Shown one piece after another: positions 1 through 12,003 of a stretch of DNA of 64,000 bases (its first letter is position 1; every line of letters begins with the position of its first letter). The notes below the pieces were generated by a model. It saw only the letters and a list, made by a program, of their open reading frames with translations, searched no databases and was not told the origin of the DNA. The DNA comes from Octopus sinensis (lineage: Eukaryota), in assembly GCF_006345805.1 (NCBI RefSeq), contig NC_043006.1, forward strand, positions 75,330,001 to 75,394,000, in the 5' to 3' direction. A program made the position numbers and the translations under genes.

Positions 1-197
1 GGACAGACTGCTACTTTGGAATGATTTTATATTGATGCCGTTTGCAATTATTGGTTGTCTCATATTTTGCATCGATGTTGTTGCCGCTGCTTCTGTGTAT
101 AGGAGGAAAATGATTACTCTGGTTTTGAATCTCACCAAAAATGTGGTATATCTGTGGTAAATACATAGGCGATAGAGTCTCACATATGGAATATATA

Positions 198-610
198 TGT
201 CTTTACTACCCACAAGGGGCTAAACATAGAGGGGACAAACAAGGACAGACAAACGGATTAAGTCGATTACATCGACCCCAGTGCGTAACTGGTACTTAAT
301 TTATCGACCACGAAAAGATGAAAGGCAAAGTGGACCTCGGCGGAATTTGAACTCGGAACGTAACGACAGACGAAATACGTATTTCTTTATTACCCACAAG
401 GAGCTAAAGACAGAGGGGACAAACAAGGACAGACATAAGTATTAAGTCGATTGTATCGACCCCAGTGCGTAACTGGTACTTAATTTATCGACCACGAAAG
501 GATGAAAGGCAAAGTCGACCTCGGCGGAATTTGAACTCGGAACGTAACGACAGACGAAATACGGCTACGCATTTCGCCCGGCGTGCTAACGCTTCTGCCA
601 GCTCGCCGCC
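198..610 (-). mobile_element. Two tandem copies of tRNA-derived SINE family A (198-379 lacking the head, 380-610 complete)
   Basis: Reverse complement reads ggcggcgagctggcagaagcgttagc...gttccgagttcaaattccgccgaggtcgactttgcctttcatcctttcgtggtcgataaattaagtaccag. B-box-like GTTCAAATTCC; same family recurs throughout the window. Confidence 0.85.
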
Positions 611-633
611 TTTAGAAATACCAAGCAAGGGAT

Positions 634-860
634 TTAATTTTGATAATCCTTTCTACTCAAGTCACACGGCCTGAAATTTTGGAGGAAGGATAAAGTCGAT
701 CACATCGACCCCAATGAGTAACTGGTACTTATTTCATCGATCCCGAAAGGATGAAATGCGAAGTCGACCTCGGCGGAATTTGAACACAGAACGCAAGGAC
801 GGACGGAATGCTGTGAAGCATTTCGTCCGGCGCGCTAACGATTCTCCCAGCTCGCCACTT
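634..860 (-). mobile_element. SINE family A copy with alternative tail
   Basis: Same head and core as 380-610; tail variant ggcc(gt/tt)gtg...gagtagaaaggattatt as at 48.3-49.0 kb. Confidence 0.8.
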
Positions 861-1146
861 TAGATTTATCTCCAATAATACCAGATAATCCACGTAATAT
901 GTTGGCTTCCCTACGATTTCGAATAATGTGGTCGCTTGATTGTTCTCTTACGGTAGGACGAATTTGGCTTGTTTAGTCCTGCTAGGGGCCTACAGCATTT
1001 TTCACAGATGTGACAGTAATGGGTGCCTTTTACAACAGGTGTTCAGAGAGCGTAATACATACGCTGACGCACACCTTCATTTCCCCTTGAAATTTGTCAT
1101 TGCTTTGCTTTTTTTTTGGCCATAGTATGCAATACATAATGGAGAT

Positions 1147-1470
1147 ACAGTTCTATATTTAAGAGATGAGGAATTATGTACATTATTTACATTACTTACA
1201 TTTGATGGATATTTGTCCTCATCTTGTTTGTTGTTAACACAACGTTTTTGCTGATATACCTTCCAGCCTTCATTAGGTGTCATATGACGTAGTGGTTAAG
1301 AGCGCGGACTACTAACCCCAAGATTCCGAGTTCGATTCCAGACAGTGACCTGAATAATAATGATAATAATAATAACAATAACAACAATAATAATAATAAT
1401 TATAATAACAACAACAATGATAATAATAATAATGATAACAATAACAATAATAGTAATAATAATAATATTT
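1147..1470. mobile_element. tRNA-head/hammerhead element, internally inverted copy (3' part on minus 1147-1281, head plus AAT tract on plus 1282-1470)
   Basis: 1147-1281 matches 27251-27380 and 63501-63610. 1282-1352 has A-box-like gacgtagtgg and B-box gagttcgattcc, followed by (AAT/AAC)n. Confidence 0.7.
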
Positions 1471-1574
1471 GTCAGAACGCATTTGTCCGCGTTCTGTACT
1501 TTGGCAGGTCTGATGCTTCTATCATTTCACGGAACAATAGATTCCTGAATATCAATCTATCCCCCACACCGCCA

Positions 1575-2275
1575 AACATCTGCCAAATCAAATGTGAGTT
1601 CAAGACACTACACGTGTCAACTAAATACAAGAAAATATTTTTGTACCGTTTCACAAATTTTCTCATCGATTTGTGTTGTGTCAGCTGCTGGATTTGAGCG
1701 ATCGACCCCACCCAAAACTTCATTGTACGAAATAGCTACACTCGGTTTCATTATGGTATTACCGTCGGTGTCTTATTTCTTAGTGTCCTCCATGCTTGCA
1801 GAATGCATTGTGGGTAACATACAGATGTTTGTTTTTTTTTTGTCAATCCACACTAGAGCGAGAATGTCACTATCGGTGCATCGGTACGCTGCTTCCCCCT
1901 TTCGAAGTTTCATCTTGTGATGATCGGGTGACACGTTTTTCCTGTGCGTTCTCAGCTTCAGTCCCCGCCTGCGACTGCTGGAAGAGGTTTGGACTAGAAA
2001 ACCAGTTGCCCATATAAATATTGTAGCTTTATCAAGCAAGTTTTCGTTCAGAGACAACATGACATCAGTTGACGCTTGATTAAACGCTAGAAGATATAAT
2101 CTATCCTGACCAATGTAGATTTTGTAATTCCACGTGTACCCACAGGCTCTGCCAGTTGACTGGCATACTTAATAACCTTGACTCCAAAGCGGGCACGTTT
2201 GATCAGGTTGTATTGTTTGAATCAGAGCCTTCTCTTGAATTTCCACAAACTCGTCCGTCCGTACAAATGTTCGTT
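1575..2275 (-). pseudogene. piggyBac (PGBD-like) transposase relic covering the DDD catalytic region
   Basis: Frameshifted minus-strand translation: NICTDE.LWKFKRRL*FKQYNLIKRARFGVK; CGYTWNYKIYIGQD; YNIYMGNWFSSPNLF; KLRKGEAAYRC..ILALVWIDKK..CMLPTMH; KPSVAISYNEVLGGVDRS; RKFVKRYKNIFLYLVD. These are piggyBac family motifs. Stops and frameshifts present. Confidence 0.85.
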
Positions 2276-2470
2276 TCTCTCAATAGCAATGTTCCACCTT
2301 CGAATGAGAGCATGTATCCCTGCCCCGTCAAATTCTGTTGACTGTTCTTTGAGCCACTTCTTCACCACAGTTTTCATTTCCTCGTCACTGGAATAATGTT
2401 TGCTTCTCAAACCTTCTTTCGTGGCGCCGAAGAGATGATAATCTGAAGGCGCTAAATCTGATGAGTGTGG
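2274..2470 (-). pseudogene. mariner transposase C-terminal fragment
   Basis: SSDLAPSDYHLFGATKEGLRSKHYSSDEEMKTVVKKWLKEQSTEF..GIHALIRRWNIAIERN matches the YSPDLAP(S/C)D region of mariner transposases. Confidence 0.85.
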
Positions 2471-2471
2471 A

Positions 2472-2672
2472 GGTAGTGAAGAAGTGGCTTAAAGAACAGT
2501 CAACAGAATTTTACAGCGCAGGGATAATGGTCTCATTCGAAGGTGGAACATTGAGAGAAACGGTGACTATGTTGAGAAGTAGGGACGTGATCCACAGAGG
2601 ACCAGCTTCATTTTGATGTATGGTACATGTCCCTGTGTTGGCATAACTTTTTGACTCACGCTCGTAATTACG
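2472..2672 (+). mobile_element. mariner 3' end with terminal inverted repeat, inverted relative to 2274-2470
   Basis: VVKKWLKEQSTEFY...ERNGDYVEK* followed by cataactttttgactcacgctcg|ta. Confidence 0.75.
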
Positions 2673-3074
2673 TCGACCGATTTAAAGCATGTACATTGCG
2701 TGCGTAAATTCACATCAACTGTTTAAAAAGGGTTAGATAAATAATAATATTTTTTCAGCTGCAGTTGAAGCCAGAGCTTTAGTGGTAAACCAAACAGAGC
2801 TCTCATAGTACATACTTATTACATTGTGTCAATAGAACTACACATATGTAAGATAGATCCTCTGTTTTAATTGAGACGGGTGTTGTAAGTCGCGACTGAT
2901 ATGTCTGTTGTAAAGAGGCATTAACAAATGTATAGAAGGAATCGTAAGTTTATTCCTTACTTGATGACTTTGCCGCGTGGGTTTCTTTTTATTCCGAAAA
3001 GGAATCCTCCTTTCTTGCCAACGCATTCATTCATAAGTTGTGTCTGTGTGTGTATGCGTGTGTGTGTGTGTGTA

Positions 3075-3120
<46 letters not shown>

Positions 3121-4619
3121 TATGTGTTTATGTGTATGCATGCGCAAGTGTGTATTATGTGTGCATGTATATCTATTTGTAGACATATAGGTATGTATGT
3201 GTTTATATATATATGGATGTGTGTGTGTTTATGTATATACGTGTCTATGTGTATATACACTTACGGATGTGCGCGCGCGCGTATATCTGATTGTCTGATG
3301 GTAGACACTTATTGACGTGAAACTTTCGGATTCCACTCGACATATGTTGTTATCTATCGATTTTACAGTTTAGACATGCCAGATAAATAACACAGTTCAT
3401 TTGACGAATTCTAAAGTACTTCTCTCACTAACAAAAGTGCCTTCCATACACGCACAAACTGACGTACTTTCGAATGATATTCCTACACACTGTTCGTATA
3501 CAAGTGGTTGTCACAGAAGTTAACTTATATCAAAGTCTGTGTCAAGTTTCAAATCTCGGATTTAGTGGCGTTGAAGCAACTGAGAGAGTTCAAGAGTACA
3601 ATCCCTCCTGGAAGAGACGCCAGTCTGTTGCAGGGAATTCCCTCGTTCTTTCGGATGCATATTTTCAGCTGAGTCGTCTGATGCAGCGTGAAATGAATTT
3701 TTTATTTTTGTTAATTAATATTTTAGTCAGGAGTTGAGTCTGTGTTTATGACCCTCTAACCATGCCTCGGTGACTTCTGGGAGAATGGTATCCTTAAATC
3801 GAAGACCTGGTCTCCAAGTGCTTGCTTAAGAATGAACTCCGTTAAAAGCATCCAAGGACCCATGTGGTAATGTTAAAACCGAGCAAAGTATTAAGTCTAA
3901 GTTTACTCAAGGGCACAAAGTGGTACCTAGCCTGAGAATCGATCCCATATGACTTAACGATAATGAACCACACATTCAACCACTTGGCCACGCGCCTTAT
4001 CTACCAGGGATGTACCTGACTTTATTTTCTCCTAAAAGTGGGCACGGGACCGGAAGGTGATATTTTTCTTGTCTTTTTATTGTAGTCATTTATTTAAAAA
4101 TCCGTCTACCAAATCTACTCACAAGTCTTTAATCTGCCCAAAGCTATCGTAGAAGACACTTGGCCAAGGTTCCACGCAGTGGGACTGAACCCAGAACCAT
4201 GTAGTTGAGAAGCAAGTTTCTTACCACACAGCCGCAGAAGTTTTAGATTGCAGGGCATGAGTGCTAGTAAATTAGGTTAAGAATGTAGTGGGAGTCAAAT
4301 TCAGGTTGGAAGAAACCTTGTTAGTTCTGTCACAGACTGGAAGAGAATGTAACCCAAAGGTGGAAAAGCTTTTCGCTGAGGTACAATCCTATCAGTTAGA
4401 TCTCTTTTATTGGAAGCATTCTCGTACATGCGTGCAGGCGTGCGTGCGTGCTTGCTCCATGTGGGTGAAATGCTCCACGTGCTTGAGATTAGTAATCTGG
4501 TGAAGGGCTTTGTAAAGGATTATCATAATCAACCCTATGCTATTTTAGTCTCTGGAATGAAACCCACTCAGTAGCCTTTCGTTTAAATGTAGAATTCTTT
4601 TTTTCACGCCCACTCTCAG

Positions 4620-4750
4620 TATTTCTTCTTCTTCTGCTTCTTCTTCTTCTGCTTCTCTTCTTCTGCTTCTTCTTCTTCTTCTTCTTCTTCTTCTTCTTCT
4701 TCTTCTTCTTCTTCTTCTTCTTCGAGAGAGAGAGAGAGAGAGAGAGTGAG
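4620..4750. repeat. (CTT)n followed by (GA)n microsatellite
   Basis: Directly visible. One of many simple repeats, e.g. 8375-8500 (GT)n, 11080-11195 (TA)n(GA)n, 39195-39370, 59870-59960 (AAT/GAT)n. Confidence 0.95.
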
Positions 4751-5323
4751 GAGGAAGGAGATAGAAATAGAGGTGGGGTGGTGGTGGTGGTGGTGGTTAA
4801 TCTGGTTTTTCTGATCAGAGATTCAGAATTAACAATTTTTTTTTTCAAATAAAATAGTGGTTTCAACTTTAAGCTCATGGCCAGCAATTTTAAGATGAAT
4901 GAGACAAATCGATTACATCGATTCCAGTATTTTTCTTGACTAGTTTTTATCTTCTCGATCCCGAAAGAAGGAAAAGCAAATTCAGCGTCGCCGGAATTTG
5001 GGCGAAGAACGTGAAGAGTCAGAAGAAATACTACTGAGCATTTTGTCCGACTGGTCCTTCATTTTCTCGACCCCGGAGAAATGAAAGGCGAAGCTGACCT
5101 CGGTGGGGTTTGAACTTAGAATGTAATGACTCGAACAAATACCACTAAGCATTTTTCCTTACGCTCTTATGTTGGTTTCTGATTTTGTCCTCAAACCAGC
5201 AAATTTGAAGGAAGAGGCTTAGTCAATATCATGACCCCAGTACATTTGCTGGTACATTATTTTATCGATCTCGAAGCAATGAAAGATAAAGACTGCTCGC
5301 TCTTCTCGGCCAGTAAAAGGTGA

Positions 5324-5895
5324 CGGGACGATCTCTACGGTGGTCTCGGCTGATAATCGGATCTGCCCTGCCCTACAGGACGATCTCTTCAGTGGTCTCG
5401 GCTGAAAACCGGATCCGCCCTGCCCTACGGGACGATCTCTACAGTGGTCTCAGCTGATAACCGGATCCGCCCTGCCCTACGAAACGATCTCTACAGTGGT
5501 CTCAGCTGATAACCGGATCCGCCCTGCCCTACGGGATGATCTCTACAGTGGTCTCAGCTGATAACCGGATCCGCCCTGCCCTACGAGACGATCTCTACAG
5601 TGGTCTCAGCTGATAACCGGATCCGCCCTGCCCTACGGGATGATCTCTACAGTGGTCTCAGCTGATAACCGGATCCGCCCTGCCCTACGGGATGATCTCT
5701 ACAGTGGTCTCGGCTGAAAACCGGATTCGCCCTGCCCTACAGGGCGATCTCTACAGTGGTCTCGGCTGATAACCGGATCCGCCCAGCCCTACGGGATGAT
5801 CCTTACAGAGGCCTCGGCTGATAACCGGATTCGCCTTGCCCTACGAGATGATCTCTACAGTAGTCTCGGCTGATAACCGGATCCGCCTTGCCTTA
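5324..5895. repeat. GC-rich 52-bp minisatellite, about 11 copies
   Basis: Unit acgggatgatctctacagtggtctcagctgataaccggatccgccctgccct; GGTCTC recurs at 52-bp spacing (5342, 5394, ...); no spacers. Confidence 0.95.
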
Positions 5896-6209
5896 CACTC
5901 GAATATCAGATGTTCGATGTAACTCCATAAGTCAACAATGCTCGGGCATAGGACGAATGCGTGCTGAACGGTTTCGTCGCTCTGTACACGGATCTCGGGC
6001 AGATCTGACTGACGGTACTTCTGTATCTAAAGAGTTTATCTCGAACGAGCAGTGCCACCTCCGCTTCCTGTAGCACTGCCAGGCTAGGGATTTCTGCAAA
6101 ATTGTCCATGGGTTCAGACCCGAAAGTCTACCGGAACTGACCTACCAGTTGATTCTCGCCGATGCCTAGAATTTCCTGAAGAACATCGATAGTTTTTGCC
6201 CATCACTAA

Positions 6210-6943
6210 TCTCTCTCTATATATAAAAGGCAGTTTGTCTGTGTGTTTGTCAGGTTGTACCCTCACCCTGGCCACGGCTTTCAACCGATTCTGATGAAAC
6301 CTGACACACACATAGCCCAATGTCATAATTCAAAACTAACGCAGCGAAAATTTTGAAAAGTTCCCCCAGTTCTGAAAAAAATCAATAAATTCGACATGGG
6401 GTCGAGAATCTAAGCTTATCATATGCAACACATTTTCTGTTGTAGTTTTCGCAACTTGCAATCGATTTTCACCAAACTCATGGTGAAGCTTAATGTTACT
6501 CTAAGAAATTAATTCTGACGTTAGTTTTCAAGCACCTTAACCTTACCATCAGAAAAAATCGATAAAATCATGCCATTTTGGGAATTGCGTTCAAATTCAA
6601 GATAACATATTTTTCGACATATCTTTAACAAATTGGCAGGAATTTTTTTTTTTTAATTCACAGCAAGCATCATGTCTGCTCCAAGGAGCTATATGGCCCT
6701 TTTGATTCCAATAGGATACATTATTACTGGAAAGCACCGCAGAACTGGGTTGGGTGTGCTAAACAAAACCAGAAAATGCACTTTGACTGTCATAGATTTT
6801 CTTTATGCATGCAAGGGAACGGTGTCTTGAATGCCTTAATGCCTTTTAGGCTTCATTTTACAAAATAATGGTTCAATGAGTACAAAAAAGGGTAAAAAGG
6901 TAAAGGGTATTGCTTATCGGGCAACGCTGGGCTATGCTGCTAG
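6210..6943 (+). mobile_element. Non-autonomous Helitron
   Basis: 5' a|TCtctctctatatataaaagg; 3' GC-rich subterminal cgggcaacgctggg resembling the hairpin at 10552-10567, then CTAG|t. Inserted between A and T without TSD. Confidence 0.75.
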
Positions 6944-8167
6944 TCTTCTATAGAACGCAAACGTGGAACTTCCACCAATTGCATTGCCCGATTATAATAA
7001 TAAATATTCCAAATACACATGCATTGCTTTGCTTTTTTTTTTTATTTTTTAATTATATTTCGTTGTCATTTGAAATCATTTGTTACTTCTTTTCTGCAAA
7101 TTTAAAAGACTGTCGTATCAGTTTATTGAAGATGAAAATAAATTTACGAATGCAAGCAATGGTTATACACTTTGCACTTCAAAAGGAAATGAAATACATT
7201 CAAAGAAATTTAAATTGCATAAGAATTATTTGCAAATTCTGAATCTTTCCTATTCGAAGCTAAAAACGTTTCTTTTAAAAGGAGACTGTAAGAAGTTAGA
7301 AGAGCGGGGGTGGTATGATAAGAAGCACACACTTAAAGAATAAGTGCCACTTACTGTTTGGAAAGCAATCTCGGCGTCCAAGTGACTAGATTTACCATCA
7401 ATTTGGTGGCGGCTGTACCAAGTTACGAATCTTCTGAAACTTGCGAAGAATATGCCAGAAAGTACGCATCTATTTAGGCCTTAAAAATTATTAAAAAAAA
7501 ACAAAAAATAATGGTATCAAATTTTGGGACAGGGCCAGCAGTTTTTGAGGGAAGGGGGAAGTCGATACTTGACTGGTACTTATTTTATCGACCCCGAAAG
7601 GATGAAAGGCAAAGTCAACCTCGGCAGGATTTGAATTCACAACGTAAAGTTCAGGGTGGCGCACGCAGTTACCAGATAGTCGCATCGTCTTTGCCTGATC
7701 TTCTCGCTAATTTTCGGCAGGTCTCCATAGAGGCATTCATTTGTCATATGTTGCTGTCATTTCACATTTAGGGCCATTCGTAGCTTTACTAATAGTTATA
7801 GACTTCAGTCATAAGTACTTCGGCCCTTCAGCTTTCCCCATGCCATAGCGGGGATTGGGAGGTATTAAGAGATAACTTGCCTGAAGGGTAAAACTTACCA
7901 CCACTAATTAATTACTAACAACAACGAGCTATCGGAACACGCTGTAAGATATTTCATGCCCCAAATGCCGTGTAGCGGGACTGAACCCAAGTCCGCATGG
8001 TTGAGAATCAAGCTTCTTACCAAATAGCTACGCCTGCATCCTACACTGTGATGATTTCCTTCTCATATCTTCTTTGTTGACATCCTTCCTTTAATATGTG
8101 TAGGCCGTTTGTAGGCTGGTTAATATGAAATATGAAAACAAAAAACCCAAAAAAATGTAAAATAACC

Positions 8168-8206
<39 letters not shown>

Positions 8207-8376
8207 CGCGCGCTCACGCACACAGAGGACTACTAAATCATATCAGTTTGAAGCCTTTCGATTCGAATTATTTTCTGTTCTGTTGCAAGGCCATTACCGG
8301 CAACTTAAATTCAATTTCTTTCTTGTTACACCTCGCTGGTCTTCATTGATTAATGACCTTATATCACCATGATTAT

Positions 8377-8461
<85 letters not shown>

Positions 8462-9323
8462 CGTGCGTGTGTGTGTGTGTTTGTGTGTGTATGTGTGTGT
8501 TTAGTGGAACAAATTGGAGAAATAGAATTTAACGAACGAATACATACACTTTTCATTTTTAATCGTTTGAAAATTGCAAAAGCACATCAGTGGCCTAAGC
8601 ACGAAACTCATAGCCTTCGAGTCACTCTTATAACTTTTTGCCTATCGAAACTAATAAAAATGTGTGTGTATGCATATATGTATATGTGTGTACCTTTATG
8701 AATATGTATATACGTGTATATGTAGATAAATACGTTCATATATGCGTATACGTATGTGTCTGTATATTTACGTCTGTGTGTGTACACCACCATACCACAT
8801 CACGCCTACCACACCACCATACCACATCACGCCACCCACACCACTCCACACACTAGCACTGACCACTTCCCAGCACCCACATCGCTCACCATCATCCGCT
8901 CAGCCACACATCATCCGCACACCTACACACCCACACATTACAGACGCACACACTTACACACGCACATATCCACACACGTCAAAGTCACTAGCCTCTATTC
9001 ATACACACACACATTCTCTCATACACATACACGATCGTGCACCTTCGTTCTGGGATCACCAGTAATTTATTATCTTCCCTTTTTACTACCTTTTCTGTCA
9101 AACCCTTTTTTCCAACCAGTCACCATGCTTGACCGCTAAATCCACAAGTTTTTTTTTTTATTCTTTCTCTCTCTGCTTAATTTCTCTTATTCCTTTCGGT
9201 TGAAGAGTATAGGCTCGAAACGTAAAAGACTTTATCACTTTCCCGAACGTCAAACTAATACACCTGCTTGTTGTTCATACACCTGTCTTCATTTTTTTGC
9301 TGTTCTGTAAATTTCAACCACAC

Positions 9324-9609
9324 ACAATTGCAGCGTGGAAGATGTTTGTAAGCCATTTAAGAACACACAAAAAATCCGTTAGATTCACTTCAAAATTTAA
9401 ATATAATTTGTGTCAAAATATTTTCGTCGCTTTGAAACCGCGACCTGTTCACTAACAAAACTTCGTGCTGCATGTCTGTGAACAACAGGTCCAGGTTTCA
9501 AAGCGACGAAAATATTTTGACACAAATTAAATTCAAATTTCGAAGTGAATCTAACGAACTTTTTGTGTGTTCTTAAATGGCTTACAAACATCATCCACGC
9601 TGCAATTGT
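9324..9609. repeat. Long fold-back inverted repeat (arms about 125 bp), MITE-like
   Basis: acaattgcagcgtggaagatgtttgtaagccatttaagaacacacaaaaa... mirrored by ...tttttgtgtgttcttaaatggcttacaaacatcatccacgctgcaattgt. Confidence 0.9.
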
Positions 9610-9674
9610 TTTTGTTTCAGCACACGATCTCAGATCAAACCACTTGTTATTCAAGTATATTTCCATACTATATA

Positions 9675-10579
9675 TCTATATATATAAAACTGTAGTTGTG
9701 TGAGTGTCTGTCTCCTTCGATTTAGATTCCTAACTACTCCCGCATTTTGCGGTGCAGTTTAACCAAATTCGGGTACCTTATAGTCGTGATTCATATCGAG
9801 CCCATCTGGGTATTAGCGCGCGTCTACGATGAGTCTACGATTTTAAAAATAATTTAACATCATTTTTTATTCCATTTTAATGCATATTTTTTCGTGTGTC
9901 GATGGCGGCGGAGTTGGCGTCCACGCTCACACCTGCACCTGTGTTGCTTCTCCCCCTTCTTCCCTCCCTCGTGAAGCTGTGGGGAAGGGAGTGTAAGGAA
10001 ATCAACGTCGTAATGCGTTGTCAAGGAGACCAGCGTTCTTTTAGAACAACGACTTCATGTCTTGAAGTCGCCAAAACAGAAATCGCTAAAAAAAAGCTGA
10101 AACAGATCCACAAAAACGGCAATTATCGCCACACAGGGCAGGTTTCCTGTGCAAACAATTTGCACAACCGAATGTTTTAGTTGTTGCACAAATCTTTATA
10201 TATAAAAGTAAGGTTGTGTGTCTGTCTCCTACGATTTAGATTCCTAACTACTCCCACATTTTGCGGTGCAGTGTAACCAAAACCGGGTATCTTATAGTCG
10301 TGATTCATATCGAGCCCTTCTGTGTATTAGCGCGCGTCTACGATGAGTCTACGATTAAAAAAAAAAATTACCATCATTTTTTATTCCATTTTAATGCATT
10401 TTTCGCTATTATATAAGGGAAGTAACTCTCTAAAAATGTCTACGATGAGTCAACGATTAAAAAAAAAATTACCATCATTTTTTATTCCATTTTTAATGCA
10501 TTTTTTGCTATAACTCACTAAAAATGCTTATATAGTTATTTCCCTTACAAACCCGAGCAACGCCGGGCGATACTGCTAG
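9675..10579 (+). mobile_element. Composite non-autonomous Helitron: long 5' part 9675-10192 plus complete short element 10193-10579
   Basis: Two similar 5' ends (a|TCtatatatataaaa and a|TCtttatatataaaag) and one 3' end cccgagcaacgccggg...CTAG|t. Confidence 0.85.
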
Positions 10580-10600
10580 TATATATATATATATATATAT

Positions 10601-10932
10601 AAGTAACGAGGAGATGGATTTGGTATTAAACTTTATTCTGTAGAACGTTCCTTTTAACCTGTCCTGCTATTGTCCCTTATATGTGGGACTCTGTTCAACA
10701 TGTAGTGTTGCATCCATTTTGCGTCCTATCAGGTATATCCATACATAAAGTTGTGTCTCACTAAAGATCTTGTCACAACTTTATCTATGGATGTACCTGA
10801 TGAGACCCAAACTGCAAAATGGGTGCAACACATGTTGAACAGAGTTCCACACATAAAGGACAATAGCAAAACGGGTTGAAACGAATGTTGTACTGAATAG
10901 AGTTTAATATCAAATCCATCTTCTCGTTACTT
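10601..10932. repeat. Long fold-back inverted repeat (arms about 155 bp) next to (TA)n
   Basis: aagtaacgaggagatggatttggtattaaac ... gtttaatatcaaatccatcttctcgttactt; pairing continues almost to the centre. Confidence 0.9.
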
Positions 10933-11077
10933 AATATTATTACCCCAACTGACACTGCGGAGATAACTAGTACTCAAATAACAGAGGTAGTGTAATATGC
11001 TTCATTAAAAAGCACCAAAAGTATCACCAAAACTGTTACTCAGAGTTTTTGTGATATTTTTGCTGCTTTTTAATAAA

Positions 11078-11197
<120 letters not shown>

Positions 11198-11946
11198 AAG
11201 GCCAGCATTGGTTTCATGTTAAGAAAACATCTAAGTCGATTACATGGAAGAGCGGTGTTCGTCTCTATGGAGAACACTTTTCTCGACGCAGTAACGATTC
11301 TGCTAGCTCGCTGCCCTAACTCTAGTTGATATTCCCGGACAGAAATTTGCTGCATTTCACTTTGCCTTTCATCTTTTAGGGGTCGATTGAGCACTGGCTC
11401 GATGTAATCGACTAACCTCCTCCCTCTAAATTGCTGGCCTTGTGACAACATTTGAAATCAATATTTGTGTTAGGCTTGTTAGCTAAAATGGAAGTAATTA
11501 AAACAAATTCTTTCTATCTTCTAATTTTGGCACAGGGCCGGAAATGAGGGACAGGGACAAGTTGATGGCAACCCCTCCAGTACTTGACTGGCACTTTATT
11601 TTATCGACTATGAAAGGATAAGTGGCAAAGTTGACCCTTGCAGAATTAGAACTCAGAACGTATAAATGAGTTGGAAGAAATAGCATAAAGCGTTTTGCCC
11701 GACTCTTGAACAAATGCAATTATTTTACATTACAAGATCCTTTCGTCGATCTCAGAGACAGACAAATGACGAAGTGAGTCGGCCGTAGACGGACACAACC
11801 GAGTCGGATGGATATTCCACTATTACTACTTCGGTATTCCATCTGTCTGACTGACTGTGTCTCTACCTGTCTATCTGACTGTATCTCTGTTGCTTGCCTG
11901 TCTGTTTGTCTTTCTGTATCTATCTATCTGTCTGTCCGTCCGTCCG

Positions 11947-12003
<57 letters not shown>

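Noticed and set aside
1283-1352. tRNA gene
   Set aside because: A and B boxes are present, but no complete acceptor stem; it is followed by an AAT tract and recurs as part of a dispersed element. The same applies to the heads at 47576 and 55979.
5324-5895. CRISPR array
   Set aside because: Units are contiguous with no unique spacers, there are no cas genes, and the context is eukaryotic.
6910-7450. ORFs of 87-110 aa after the Helitron
   Set aside because: AT-rich, interrupted by stops in the most protein-like frame, with no recognisable motif; may be an unidentified TE relic.
10797-10830. CTGATGA-gaccc...gggt hammerhead-like motif within the fold-back
   Set aside because: The GAAA box is absent (gcaac) and the opposite arm does not preserve the motif.
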